Counted from the stretch's first letter, positions 49,601 to 61,674 are shown. The stretch: DNA of 64,000 bases from Heterodontus francisci (GCF_036365525.1 NC_090417.1:310001-374000), one strand, 5' to 3'. Notes: generated from the letters alone by a model not told the origin. A program made the numbers and translations.

Positions 49601-52600
49601 GTATCGCAGCAATAGTCAAAGTCTTCAGATAAAGAGTGGGAGGGGAAGAAAGTGGGAAGCCACTTTCACAGACCCCTGCTCTCTGGTGCCAGACACTTAC
49701 CGTGATGTCCTCAAGGGAGGAGTCAATGATTTCGTAATTGTCTGGTAGGCAGTAGAACTTTAATGTGTGTAGATTCAGAAAGACGTGGTGCCCAACCTGA
49801 ACACTATGAATGTTTGCATACGACTTCAGGCCTCGTCCTAAGAAAAAAACAAATCACTTCCAGTCAAGCGTACATCATTGTTATTCTCCCCACCGACTCA
49901 CTCTAGGGTGCGGTACCATGGGCACCAGCCTTGCCCACGAGACCACCCCTCACCTGTGAGCCCAGAAAGCAAAGGTTGAACGGCAGTTCAACCACAAAGA
50001 GCATCTCAGCCAAACTAGACATTGCCTGTCGAGCAAACATCCATCAAAAAATCCCACTACAACGGATAGACCTGATCAATTTAAACCCCCTTCCCAACTG
50101 CTGCGTGCCAGGATTAAATCCAGCGGCCAATTTGCGCACAGCAAGCTCCCACAGAGAGCAATGACACCCTCCTTACAAAAATCTCTACAACCAATGCTCA
50201 GTCTGACAGAGTCAGTAAAAGGATGCTTGCAGACTCAAGTCAAACGACAAGAGACCAACAGCGTCAGCTCCTGAAATCCTGTCCGTAACCATGCTGTCGC
50301 TACCAGAAGGTGGGTCACGGAACTGTAATCTGTGAAACTGTCAAAGCTTTGGAGAGTAACCTTACCTTGGAAGTATTTGCCACACACTAGGCAGGCATAG
50401 ACATTGATGTGGGATAGGGAGACGGAGCACAGCTTTTCAAAGTCAAAATCCAGCACGCTCCTGTTTACAGAAATCGACAAACGGCTGTCAGACCTTGAAT
50501 GTCATCCAATCAGTAAATAAGATCTCAGTACCCCCTAAAGGGGCTCCCTCTACGCTGCCCCCATGAACACACGCAGATTACGACAGTACAATTAAATAGC
50601 TTAGTTGTAGCAATCCCGCCTCTGAATCAGGTTCGAAGCTGCTCGATGATCGGAAACGGGAGCTCCGACTCTAAATTCTGGACTGACGTCCAGCGGGCAT
50701 ACTTGGAACTTTCAAGGCGCAGACAACGACATCACGGTATGTGGGAACCAAGGTCCAGCTTAGCCGTAATCTAACTGAAAAGCAGGGCAGTCGTCTCCTG
50801 GTCCATGTACACTTAGTCTGAGCCATAGAACAGCTTTGCTTGCTGCAGCGGTGAGACTTTTCCATTCACCACATCAGCCATCCTGCAGCTTCTCTCTCAG
50901 GGGGCAGGGAGTACAAGAAGGAGGAAGTTATGATACACCTGTATAAAACATTGGTTCAGCCTCAACTGGAGTATGACACCCAGTAGCTGTTTTTAAAAAG
51001 TATAGGAGACTCTAAGGAGACAAAGATGGCTCACGCTCACCGATTAATAGTGTCCAGATAGGGGCAGTGTCTGCTTCGATCATCCTCCTCCTCCTGATCA
51101 TGAATTCTCGCAATCTTTGAAGCTACTGGGTAGAAGAATGTACATTAATAGAGCATTTTGAGATATCCTGATGCATATCACAGCCAATTAGATTACTTCC
51201 CAAGTGTAGTCACTGTTGTAATGTAAGAAAACCTGGCAGCCAATTTACAAACTGCAAGGTGGGGTGAGATTTACAACAAGCAGATGTGAATCCTTGTTCA
51301 CTAACTTCCAATTATAAGGCAAAGAAACCAGCCAAACGGGTTTTCTTAGGTTTAAAGAAAAAAGGTTGAACTTTATTAAACTTAAACTCGTATTTGGTTA
51401 ACGCCTATGGATATGCGATGCGCCCACACTAGCATGCATAGAGGACACACACGTGCAGATAGAGACAGAAAAGAGCAGAAGAAATAAAGTGGAAAAGTTT
51501 CAGGCAATATCTGAAGATGGTTTTGGTTACTGTTCTTCGAACTCGCTGTAGAGTCCTTGATTGTAGGTAGGTCTTGCTTTTCGTTGGGGCCCATTATTCT
51601 TCTTAAACCTTGTTCAATGTAGGAGACTTTTCTCTCTTGAAGTTCATGTGTCCTCAGTGGGTTCAGAGGCTTGCGAGAAAGAGATGGGAGCAGACAGGAG
51701 AGGTCTTCTCACTCCAGGAGCAAACAGTCTTTTCTAGTTCAAAACTCTTTGTACAATTCAGAAAAACCCAGGTTGCCAAGCAGGTTAGTCATGTGACTAG
51801 CTGGTCTGACCACATGTGTTTGTGGATTCTCTTGTCTTAGCCTCTACTTACACACAATACCTGGTGCTCAAAGTCCATTGTGGGTTAAATTTTTTGTCCC
51901 TCCAAGCATTGAGTGTTAGCTTACAAGTGTTTTTTCCACCCACGGCTGATCTGTTTAACAAGTCATTTCCTCACACCTGCAACAGTTTAAAATCAATATT
52001 CACATGACAAAATTAATATGCCTCATTCTGGGCAGGTCGCGGCGGGGTTGGAGGGGTGCGGTCTGTATGACATTCGTTGAAGTCCCTGACTGGGGCTTGA
52101 ACTCACAACACGCTGACTCAGAGATAAGAGCACCATCATTGAGTGCACCCTGCACCCACTTGAAAATTGCACCATTTAATTCATATTACCTCTGCTCATT
52201 CTTCCCAGCAAAATGTGTCACCCCACACCGCGCTGCATTAAACTTCATCTGCCATGTGTCCGCCTATTTCACCAGTTTATGTCCTCCTAAAGTCTTACTA
52301 TCCTCCTCATTGCTTATGACATTCCTGAAGTCTGTGTTATCTGCAAACTTTGAGCTTATGCCCTGTATACCCAAATCCAGGTCTTCAATATAGATTGAAA
52401 AGAGCAGTGTACCGACCGCAGGGAAACACCAGCGTATACACCCCTCCAGTCTGAAAAACCTCCTCTGCATTTTGTTGTATTTAGCTTGGTTCTCAACTGT
52501 ATTAAAACCTTACATGAATCGCAAATCTTCTTCAGTTTCATTTTAATCTCTACATCCTTAGTCATCCAAGATGCTATTGCTTTGGATGCTCTTCCTTTCC

Positions 52601-53698
52601 CCCACTTGGGATTGTAACTGAACAATCGCCTCTTTGAAAGCCTCCCATTGTTCAATTACAGATTTTCCGACAAATGTTTGATTCCAATCCACCTGGGATA
52701 GATCTGTTTTTAACTAACTGAAATTACCCCTCCTCCAGTTAAGTATTTTTACACTTGATTTTTTGTTTCCTTCTCCCTTTCCACAACTACTCGAAACCTG
52801 ATGTCTACTGTGATCGCTATTCCCCAAATGCTCCCCCAATGAAACATGCTCCATTTGCCCCATCTCATCTCTTATTAGAAGATCGCATGGCATTTATCAA
52901 AGAGAAGGGCAGGGGGTTTGGGACTCCTGGTCAACATTAATGAGCTTGTGCTACAGATTACAGCTTCGCCAAGCAAACACTATATCGGCTGGGTAAACCG
53001 GCTGCTACCGGTCAGGGACCGAAGAAGGGAAACACAGAACTGGTTTCTGAGTCACAGCTTACCACACCTCGCAAAAGCATCACACACAGTGAGTTAATGT
53101 GATGGCACTGCACCAGTGCGACCGCAGGCCCCCTCCCCAAGCCAGGTGGCACTGCGCCAGCAAGGGTGCACCCTGAGCCAGGTGTGCAAGACTCCCGGAG
53201 CCAGGTGGCACTGCACCAATGCAACCTCCCCCACCCAGAGCCAGGTGGCACTGCGCCGGCGCATGTCCCTTCCAACCGCCCCCCGCACCCCCCCCCAGGC
53301 GCAAGGTGGCACTGCGCCGGCGCAAGTCCCGTTCCCCCCCAGGCGCAAGGTGGCACTGCGCCGGCGCAAGTCCCGTTTCCCCCCCCCAGGCCAGGTGGTA
53401 CTGCGCCGGCGCAAGTCCCGTCCCGTTCCCCCCAGGCCAGGTGGCACTGCGCCGGCGCGCCGGGAGTTGCAGCGAACCCGGTGCTGGGGCCCCGGATCGG
53501 AAAACATTCTGGAACAAGGGCCGACCGGGGGCGGGGAGGGGGAGATACTGCCCGGCGCCCAGGTCCCGGCAACCGCTGACCCGGCGCTCACGACCCCCTT
53601 TCTCCCTGGTACCGGCGAGTCCGCCTCCCGCTCCCAGTACCTGGCTCCAGGTCCGCCTCATCCCCGCTATCCAGCTCCCGCTTCAACGCCGCCATCAT
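37603..53698 (-). CDS. USP39: U4/U6.U5 tri-snRNP-associated protein 2 (USP39, inactive USP with ZnF-UBP), 13 exons, about 502 aa using the proximal exon 6 acceptor
   Basis: Exons in transcript order: 53698-53641, 51125-51041, 50460-50366, 49837-49701, 48694-48542, 45641-45416, 44763-44689, 44223-44156, 42885-42697, 40404-40262, 39735-39600, 38333-38247, 37659-37603. Phases consistent. Peptides RHCPYLDTINRSVLDFDFEKLCS, GLNNIKANDYANVVLQ, LDLPTAPLYKDEKEQLIIPQVPL, EKNPTIVNFP and LPQMITLSEAYIQIWKRR match vertebrate USP39. Confidence 0.95.
39833..40160 (-). mobile_element. HE1-like SINE in USP39 intron 10
   Basis: Reverse complement of the 55147-55470 element. Confidence 0.8.
40560..40690 (-). mobile_element. 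Deu-domain SINE-like fragment
   Basis: Minus strand CTGAGGGAGTACTGCACTGGTCAGAGGTGCCGCCTTTCAGATGACACATTAAACTGAGGC resembles the DeuSINE core. A related fragment lies at about 28780-28900 (+). Confidence 0.5.
41523..42626 (-). mobile_element. Young 5'-truncated CR1 LINE (RT to 3' tail) in USP39 intron 9
   Basis: [22 protein letters not shown]...KFADDTKIG RT motifs, ORF2 C-terminus and 3' tail. Few frameshifts. Confidence 0.9.
43520..43685 (+). repeat. Short degenerate tandem repeat (GGGAGTGTTTGATGG...GTGTAGAGGGAGCTTTACTCTGTATCTAACCCCGTGCTGTACC)
   Basis: Two to three diverged units of about 60-70 bp visible. Confidence 0.5.
45621..48001 (-). repeat. 45-bp minisatellite, about 53 copies, spanning the USP39 intron5/exon6 junction
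   Basis: Minus-strand unit TCACTGTCCCTGCTTCTCTTTCAG|ACTCTGTCTAATGTGTCTCCT. CAG acceptors every 45 bp from 45642-45644 to 47982-47984, with no indels. Confidence 0.98.
51285..52072. mobile_element. LTR-like interspersed repeat in USP39 intron 1
   Basis: Layout resembles 7465-8371 and 57914-58999 (TTTATT, CA tract, AG-rich tract) and ends in TGACA. No TSD identified and boundaries are uncertain. Confidence 0.35.
53098..53462. repeat. GC-rich minisatellite (about 8 units with core AGGTGGCACTGCGCCGGCGCA) in USP39 intron 1
   Basis: Cores near 53103, 53143, 53201, 53241, 53303, 53348, 53391 and 53437. Confidence 0.85.
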
Positions 53699-53800
53699 TG
53701 GCCGTCAGGGTGGCCGACCGCCTGCTTCCCCGGCGTTTCTGCGCAGGCGCCCTGAACTCGCAATCACTGCGGTCATTCACAAAAAAATAGTCCACGGGTC
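53440..53800 (-). promoter_or_regulatory. CpG-island promoter of USP39
   Basis: High CpG density around exon 1, NRF1-like TGCGCAGGCGC at about 53740, GC box GGGGCGGG at about 53528, and ATGGCGGCG start context. Confidence 0.6.
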
Positions 53801-54429
53801 ATGTGAGTGGCAGCCTGGGAGAGGCGACACATTTCAACTCTGCTTTCATCCTGTACTCCTCGTAATAATATTCTTCAGTTTTGAAATATGTTTTTATTGG
53901 AGTCACGTGTAGGCCAGACCGTGTAAGGATGGCAGATTTCCAGCTGGGTTTTTATAAGAATCGATGAAAGTTTCATGGCACCATTGCCGGGACTAGCCTT
54001 TCGATTCTCGTTTTTCTGTTATGGATGAATTGAATTTTTTAATTCATTGAATTTACCATGGCGGGATTTGAACCCGTGACCTCTGGGCATTGGCTTAAGT
54101 CTCTGGATGACTAGTTCACCACTACGTCACCATCTCCCCTACCTCCACCTCTGTAACATCATCTCTCTCTCTCCGTCCCGCCTTTCGTTACTTCCAGACT
54201 CGACTATTCCAACACTATTCCACCTTCCACCCTCCATAAACTGAAGTTCATCCAAACTCTGCTTCCCCTATTCTAACTCACAAGTCCCACTCATTCATTG
54301 CCCCCGTGTTCACTGCCCTCCATTGACTCCCGGTCCACGATGCCTCGATCTTAAAATTCTTATCTGCGTGTTCGAAACCCTCCCAAGCTCGGGAACCTCC
54401 TCCAGGAACTCTGCACTCTTCCAGAGGGG

Positions 54430-54850
54430 CTCAGTGGGGGGAGGGTGGCTCAGTGAGCTGGAAGGGGAAGGGGGCAGGCTCAGTGAGGGGGAGGGGCAGG
54501 AAGGCAGTCTCGGTGAGGGGCAGGGGCAGGCTGGGGGCGGGGGGGGAGGGGGCCAGTGAGGTGGCTGGGGTAGTGCCCCCAGAGTGGATGGGTGGGTGCC
54601 CCCCCCAGAGCGAGTGGTACCCTGCCCCCCAGGGCGAGCGGGTGGGTGCCCTGTCTCCCAGAGCGAGTGGATGCCCCCCCCCCCGAGTGAGTGGATGGGT
54701 TGGTGCCCCCCCCCCCCAGAGCAAGTGCATGAGTGGGTGCCCCCCCAGAGTGAGTGGATGGGTTGTTGCCCCCCCCCCCCGAGAGCGAGTGAGTGGGTGA
54801 CCCAGAGAGAGTGAGTGAGTGGGTGGGGTGGCCCAGAGTGAGAGGGGAGC
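54430..54850. repeat. G/C-run low-complexity repeat (AGAGTGAGTGGATGGGTGCCCCCC-like)
   Basis: Degenerate tandem units with C and G runs. Confidence 0.7.
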
Positions 54851-55146
54851 TGAATGAGGGGTTGGCCCTCAGAGGGGAAGGGAGAAAAGTAGGGGCTTCC
54901 GAAAGGGTGGTAGGGCTAGAGCGGTCGGGACGTCTGTTAGGGGAGGAGTCAGTATTTGGGGGGCACGGGATGGATCGCAAGGAGAAGGGGACTCAATGAG
55001 AGTAGGAGCCTCAATGCAGGGGTCACACAATGAGGAAGGGAGGTGCCACAGGGTGAGGGGGGAGGTTACTGAATGAGTGATGTGGCCTCTAAGGGCAGGT
55101 GTCAGTGATGAAGTGAGGGAGGGTAACAGATTGAGGGAGAAGATTG

Positions 55147-55470
55147 CGGCACAGTGGTGCAGTGGTTAGCACCGCAGCCTCACAGCTCCAGGGACCCGGG
55201 TTCAATTCCGGGTACTGCCTGTGTGGAGTTTGCAAGTTCTCCCTGTGACCACGTTGGTTTTCGCCGGGTGCTCCGGTTTCCTCCCACAGCCAAAAGACTT
55301 GCAGGTGATAGGTAAATTGGCCATTGTAAATTGCCCCTAGTGTAGGTAGGTGGTAGGGAATATGGGATTACTGTAAGGTTAGTATAAATGGGTGGTTCTT
55401 GGTCGGCACAGACTCGGTGGGCCGAAGGGCCTGTTTCAGTGCTGTATCTCTAAATAAATAAATAAATAAA
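55147..55470 (+). mobile_element. Full-length HE1-like SINE
   Basis: Pol III A box TGGTGCAGTGG, B box GGTTCAATTCC, V-domain-like core, CR1-type 3' end and (TAAA)n tail. Confidence 0.85.
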
Positions 55471-56234
55471 ACCTGGCCCTTGCCATCCCGCACTCCTCTC
55501 GTCCCACGTTTGGCGGCCGTGCTTTCAGCCGCTGAGCTCCAGAATTCCCTCCCTCCAGCTCTTTGCCTCTCCCTCCTTCTTTAAAATGCTCCCGAAAATC
55601 TAACTCTTTGATCATGCTTTTGGTCACCTCGCTTATATCTCCTTCTTTGACTTTGTCAATTTTTGGCTGCTTACACTCCTGCGAAACACCTTTGGATGTG
55701 AAAGGGTGCTAGATGAATGCAAGTCGTTCAAACATAAACAGCGTTTACACATTTAAATGGGTCTAAAATCTGTCTCAGCATAAAAGTCTAACTCCGAAAT
55801 CTTCCTTCCTGCCGATGCAGACCAAGGGTCTGTTTAAGTTGCAAATGGAATTTGACACTGGCTCATTTTGGTCACTGTTACTCTAACAAGCAGCCCACGA
55901 ACCCGGGATCCTCTTTAAACCCCAAACCAGTCCAATTATTGGCAGGACAGACACTCTAGAGTTCTAGCCCCCTTATGTTGAACCCTGTAACAGGCTCTGT
56001 ATATCCATATTACAGAATAATGTGTTAGCAATTGGAGAAGAGCTTGGGAGTGGAAGAAGAATCCAGTCGTCGTGGTCGGTGTCAGAAGCAAGGACATAGC
56101 TAGAACGAAGCAGTGTGAGTCCAAGTTAATAAGCAGAACCTCAGGGGGAATAATCTCTGGATTACGACCTGAACTGATGGATTTTCTGTGTGTTCCAGCA
56201 TTTTCTGTGTTCTGCTAAATTTGTGGGGTTTTAG

Positions 56235-56402
56235 ATGGGATGTTTCCCCTGGCTGGTGAGCCTGGCTAGGCGTCACAGTCTCAGGACAAGGGGAAGGCCA
56301 TTTAAGACAGAGGTGAGGAGGAATTTCTTCACTGAGGGTGGTGAATCTGTGGAATTGTCTACCCCAGAGGGCTGTGGAAGCTCAGTCACTGAGCATGTTC
56401 AA
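56235..56402 (+). mobile_element. CR1 3' fragment directly upstream of C2orf68 exon 1
   Basis: GAGGAGGAATTTCTTCACT...GTGGTGAATCTGTGGAATT...CAGAGGGCTGTGGAAGCTCAGTCA. Confidence 0.75.
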
Positions 56403-56465
56403 CACACTCCGGGCTAGCGGCTGGTCGTCCATCCCCTCCGCTCCCAGAGGCGGACGCCGGCCTGG

Positions 56466-59400
56466 ATGGAGCTCGAGGACGAGAGCTCCGGTTCCCGGGA
56501 CAAAACGGCGGCGAAATCCGCCCGGCTCGACATGAGCCACGGCTTCGTCCACCACATCCGCCGCAACCAGATCGCCAGGTTGGTGTCCACGACTTCGCCG
56601 GTACGGCCGGGCCAACCGGTACGGAGAAACCGGAAAGCGGCGGGGTGATTGACAGGTAGAGTAGCCTATGAGGAAGCAAGAGGCCCACCCAGGGGGCGGT
56701 TGCCAGGTTGCCTGATTGACAGCGTTGTCAACCAATGAGGAATGAGAGCTCCCCGCAGTGACCAATCAGCGATGAGTAGGGGTGGGAGTTGTGCATGAGG
56801 GTCAATATTGGGTGTTTGACAATAAATGCCCATCAGATCTACAAGGACGAGGGGACACAGATTGATAGTTTTGAGCAAGAGATAGGGAGGAATGTGAGAA
56901 AGAACTTTTTTACGCAGTGATCGGTAATGACCTGGAACTCGCTGCCTACGGAGGGCGGTGGGTGGTGGAAGCAGAGACGATCAATGATTTCAAGAGGAAA
57001 CTGAATGGGCACTCAAGGGAAATAAACTTGCAGGACTACAAGGATAGAGCAAGGAATGGGACTGACTGGCTTGCTCGACAGAGAGCCTCATGGAGTTGAT
57101 GGGCCGAATTGCCTCCTTCTGTACCGTAATGAGTGAATATCCTGCGTTTTATACCCACCTTGTTACCAGTTCACCATTAGTGCCCATCTTGTCAGCCTGA
57201 AAGTTTGGGCAGGGCCCCTATTCCTTTATTGTGGCGAAATCCTTAATCTTAACACCACGATCTGTTAATATCGGGAGCTGGAGATATATGCAAATCAGCG
57301 GGGGACATGGATGAAGCATTGAATGTGGTTCCCAAGCCTTCACAGTCTGCGATTATTTTGCAGCTTTACCACTATTTTAAAGATTGGTAATGTAGATTCA
57401 GTAAGACTGTATCGGAGAGTCAGGAGGTTAACTGGCCTTGAATTTGTTGACAGTAGGAGCGTCATTTTGTTACTTCCCTGGGGCTTTGCACAGCATTGTG
57501 GGCGCACGTGACCTGGTTTCCTATCCGGTGACATTACGGACGGAAAATCGCAATGCCCCCCCCACCGTTAACCTGATAAGCTCACCGCTGATTGTGTGGC
57601 TGTGCCAGTGGCAAAGGGAGCTCGTCCCTCACTGGGTTGCACTCGTAATTATTCTGTCACAGTCCGGACCTGCTGCCAGAAGACGTGGTATCAGATTGAG
57701 TGCTACAGCAGAACTGTATAACAGAAGCAAAGTGGTGGAGAGAGGACTAAATTAAGAGCTTTCTGACTGTCTCTTTTAGAGATGATTATGACAAGGAGGT
57801 GAGACAGGCAAAGGAGAGGCAGAAGAAGAGACAGACCCCTGCCCCAATCCGCCCTCGCAAACCTGACCTGCAGGTGTACCATCCGCGACGCAGGAGTAAG
57901 TACAGATTCTTAGTGTCACCACCGAGGCTGGAGGAGAGCATACATCACAACATACATTTAAATGTTTTACCCAGTTACTGATACGGCCAATTCTATACTT
58001 GTTTCAGTTTAAGAATAAAATCAGCCAATCCACAGCAAAGGTATTAATTTATTATAAAACAAGACTTATTTGATAAAGATGCAAGGATTATGAACACACA
58101 GGTTGAAATATGAAAGTGCCCTTCTAAATAAACCCAACACACATACACTGGTTAAAGGAAAAATGAAGTAGTTTTCTCTGCAGAGATCACTTTACAAAAG
58201 GACAAAAAAAATTACTTTGGTCAAATCCTTGAAGAGAAAGAATAAGATTTTTTTTTAATTTCCAAAATATACTTTATTCATAAAAATCTGTAAAAATTAC
58301 ATTGCCAAACAGTTTCAAACAGCACCAAAAAATACAAACATTGCAAGGGAGATCAGTTTCCTTCAATACCTACTATCATGAGTTTCTTCACAACCCTTCC
58401 ATTTCGCAATTGTCATGCCAATTACAGTGAAGAGAAAGAATAAGATGTGGAATGTTCCCAGCTGGCTTTTTTATCCGGCCTCTAGGTATACATGTAGCTG
58501 GCTGTCACCGGGACCTTTCAGGAGCAGTTCTCTTCAGGTGATGCTGAGGATTAGTCTGGCAGGCTTTTCAGGAGAAGTGCTGCGTCTGTTTCTCCGGTCC
58601 TCACACTGGATTTGCAGGGTTTCTCAAAGAGATGGAAAAGGATGAGCTGTGGTGGTTCTCTATCTTAGCAGGTTTACACCCCAACTGACATTCAAAACAG
58701 TCCACGCCCCAAGTCAGAAAGCCCAAAGCTCCTGACCACCATAAACCTAGGCATGTGACTTCTCTGTAAACTACTGCAACGGCCAACAAGGCTCCTTATG
58801 TTTATTTAGTCTTCATTGTCTCTTCCAGTAAGTGTTTGTTTTGAAACAAATTCCCAAGTGTCCTTCCAGTGACCCTTTTTTAAAAAAAAAATACAAGTCC
58901 CAGCGTCTATGGAATCGCTTCAGTCTCTCAAATGAACCAATTTCCACAATCTTTTGAACACGGATCCTCAAAAAACAAATGGAATCACCTTTCATAACAT
59001 CAGTTACAGGCAACACTCCACAGAGGGAATTATAACGTAGGATATTAATGCAAAGGGAAATGTCAGTTAGAAGGTAATCTAGCGGAGGCAGCCTCCGGGT
59101 TACTGAATGGATAAAATAGCGAAGGATTTTCTCTCCTGGTCACTGCCCACCGACCCCTGGTATGAATTGCATGAGCATGAATGTCAGGCGAATGGCTTCG
59201 TGGTTAAGTAGGTCACGTGGGAGCAAGGCTGCTGATGGATCTGTACCTCAGTCAGGAGGGAAGGGAAGGCGAGGAAACGGGAGAAACAGATTTGAAGGAG
59301 TGGCGTTTTGTCGAGACGGGATCAATCCAACCTCGCCTGTGGTTTCCTTTGCAGACGGAGCGGAGAATTCCTCGGGGTTTGAGGGTGAGGAGTCAAATGA

Positions 59401-59954
59401 AAGTAGCTCCGGCACCGATCCCGAGCCCCAGAATCCCGTGATGGAGCCAGAGAACACGGAACTCTTCTGTCTGGATTACCAAGCCGATGACAACATTGTC
59501 ACGTCAGTCGTTATTCATCAAGTAAGTTCGCCAAATGGGGCGCAAGCGCTGGCACTGCCCAGTGTACCGAGTTGTGCCAAGCACATACCTGCCAGGCCTG
59601 ATCTCTGCCGGGGCAACGGTTAGAGATCAGCAGCTGGCCTGAGTTGAGGAGGGGAAGGATAAGCCCGGACCCCCTGACCTGATGGTGACTGCTGTCCCAT
59701 GCCTGCTAGAAAGTGCCTGTGCACAAAGCCATGATGGGCCGAATGGCCTTCTCCCAAAGCTGGCGCGAGAAGCACGGGAGGCAGGAACAAGAAGTGTCTG
59801 ACGTTAAGTTTTGCTCTCACTACAGGGCGATGACCCCAAGACAGTGGCAGAGAAAATTGGGACTAAAAACAGCCTGGAGCCTTTAATGCAGGAAGCACTG
59901 AGACTGCGGATCCAGGAGGAGATCGAAAAGAGGATCTCAAAACCTTGTGTGTGA
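56466..59954 (+). CDS. C2orf68: UPF0561 protein C2orf68 homologue, 4 exons, about 174 aa
   Basis: Exons 56466-56578, 57780-57895, 59355-59521, 59826-59954, phases consistent. RLDMSHGFVHHIRRNQIARDDYDKEV...PIRPRKPDLQVYHPR...LFCLDYQADD...VTSVVIHQGDDP...EALRLRIQEEIEKR matches human C2orf68. Head-to-head with USP39 as in human. Confidence 0.92.
56646..56766. promoter_or_regulatory. PBX-PREP decamer / NF-Y / GC-box cluster in C2orf68 intron 1
   Basis: TGATTGACAG at 56646-56655 and 56713-56722, GGGGGCGG at about 56692, CCAAT at 56732 and 56762. Confidence 0.55.
57914..58999. mobile_element. Probable solo LTR in C2orf68 intron 2
   Basis: TGT...ACA termini, flanks TTAG/TCAG (4-bp TSD with one mismatch). 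Starts 18 bp after the exon 2 donor. Confidence 0.45.
58249..58427 (-). mobile_element. Short poly(A)-tailed retro-insertion with a 19-bp TSD
   Basis: TGAAGAGAAAGAATAAGAT at 58230-58248 and 58428-58446. T-tract at the left edge and AATAAA (minus strand) at 58273-58278. Confidence 0.8.
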
Positions 59955-61674
59955 CTGCAGCTTCATTGGGCGATCCAGTTTTGCTTTTTTGTGTTGTGTT
60001 GTTTTTTTTCCCCCCATTTCCAGTGTGGAGAGATTCGAGGTCCTGGAGCCACACCTGCTGTTGCAGGGACCTTGGTCAAGAAAGAGGGAAGCAAAACAGG
60101 AAAGAGAGTTGGCCATAACTTAACATCCTGAAGGAAACAACACAATGTTCAACAAACTGCCAAATACCGTGGTATATATTTAAGACAATTGACTGTGCAC
60201 AGTTTTAAACAAACATAAACGTGGCCATGCAATATTGGAAATCAATTAAGGACGCAAAAGTGTTAGGGTTTCATTTTACGTCGAGTTTGTTCACAATCTT
60301 GGCCGGTGCCAGTATTCCTGAGCAAGATTCCCACTTTCGCAGAGAAAGCACGAGCTGGACTTCTACGCTATTCCGTTCTGCAATTCGGTCTGGTGTCGGA
60401 GAGAAAGGATGATGATGTAGTTAGAGTCCGGGTACTTTTCGTTGAACGGCTGACTGCTAGCGTCAGCAACACGGAGGCTGTCCCCTTGAATAACGCGTCG
60501 AAACGGTGCAGCGTAAGGGGGCGGTTTTATGGTCACTGTGTGTGGTTAAATCCAGCTACCACGTTTGGAATAGCTCTGCCTGGTGTTTGCTTGTTTAAAT
60601 TTTTAACAGTGTTTCAAAGTCGATGCGAAAGCTGGTCCCGAGCGAACTGCCCTCACCCACAAGGGGAGGCCGTCTCACTCACTTCAGTTTCTGCCACTCC
60701 CCAAGAAATAGGAGCTGATAGGAAGCAGAATTTCGGGCAGCAGCAGCTATTAAAGGGCTGCGTGCCACGTGTCAAATACTGAGAGAGGAGGATGGGGCTA
60801 GGCATTGTACAGAGGTATTGAGGTGGCAGTGGGGACAGGCTGGAGAACCTTTTTTTGGAAAAGCTGCAACACGGGAAGATCCATCATTTAAAAAATTCTC
60901 GCAAATTTACTGAGCCTTATGCAGTTTGTGTGCAGGCTCGCAGCTATGTTGGGGTGCACGCCACCCGTCAGGCGTGCTTAGTTCCCCATGCTCAACAATA
61001 CAAAGAATGGGCTCCCGCCATTAGATTATCAGCCCTGACAATTTGAGGAGGTCACAATGAGAAATAAGCTCATCCATTCATATCGTACAAACACTGAAGA
61101 TGTGAAGAATGCAAAGAGTGTTTCTCAGAGTGGAATAATGTATATAGCCCATTGGGGGACACAATTAGTTTGTGACAGGCGCCATACATCCACAAAGACC
61201 CAGTGTCTTCTATCCTCCTTGCCATTGTATCAAACTTTGTTTTTAATTTTGGGCGGAATTGGTTATGGTGGATTTTGAGCCGATAGAAAACTGTTCTGGT
61301 ATACATTTGTTTGGTAACCCCAGCGCTCTGCCGTACGTTAAATAAACTTTGTATGTTTCTAAAAGGTTCGCATATTGTGCCCGTCTGTAGAACGGTCAAC
61401 ACTCCTCCATATGCACTGTCTGACACACTCTCCCGCTCCTGCATTGTCACTCTGTTGAAGTTCATCTCCTGTGTGCCAAATCAGGCAATGTTATGGAGGT
61501 GGAAATGGGCAGCCGCAGTGATGTGGGTCGAAGCCCCTCTTCGGGTCAAATATGCCCCAAAGTTCTGAACACCTAACCACTTGGTCCTGTTTTGTGTGTC
61601 TTCCTTGCTGCTCGTTTCAGTCTTGGTGCTGTTCTTCACTGGTGGCACCAGGCATACCGAAAAACGAGGTGCTA

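Noticed and set aside
50728-50742. GACATCACGGTA matching the USP39 exon 4 end on the opposite strand
   Set aside because: Only about 12 bp with no flanking similarity, consistent with chance.
53012-53790. Overlapping GC-rich ORFs of 130-220 aa
   Set aside because: Result of the CpG island and minisatellite. Only 53641-53698 fits the USP39 splice phase.
55147-55230. tRNA gene
   Set aside because: A and B boxes belong to a SINE head followed by SINE body and LINE-derived tail.
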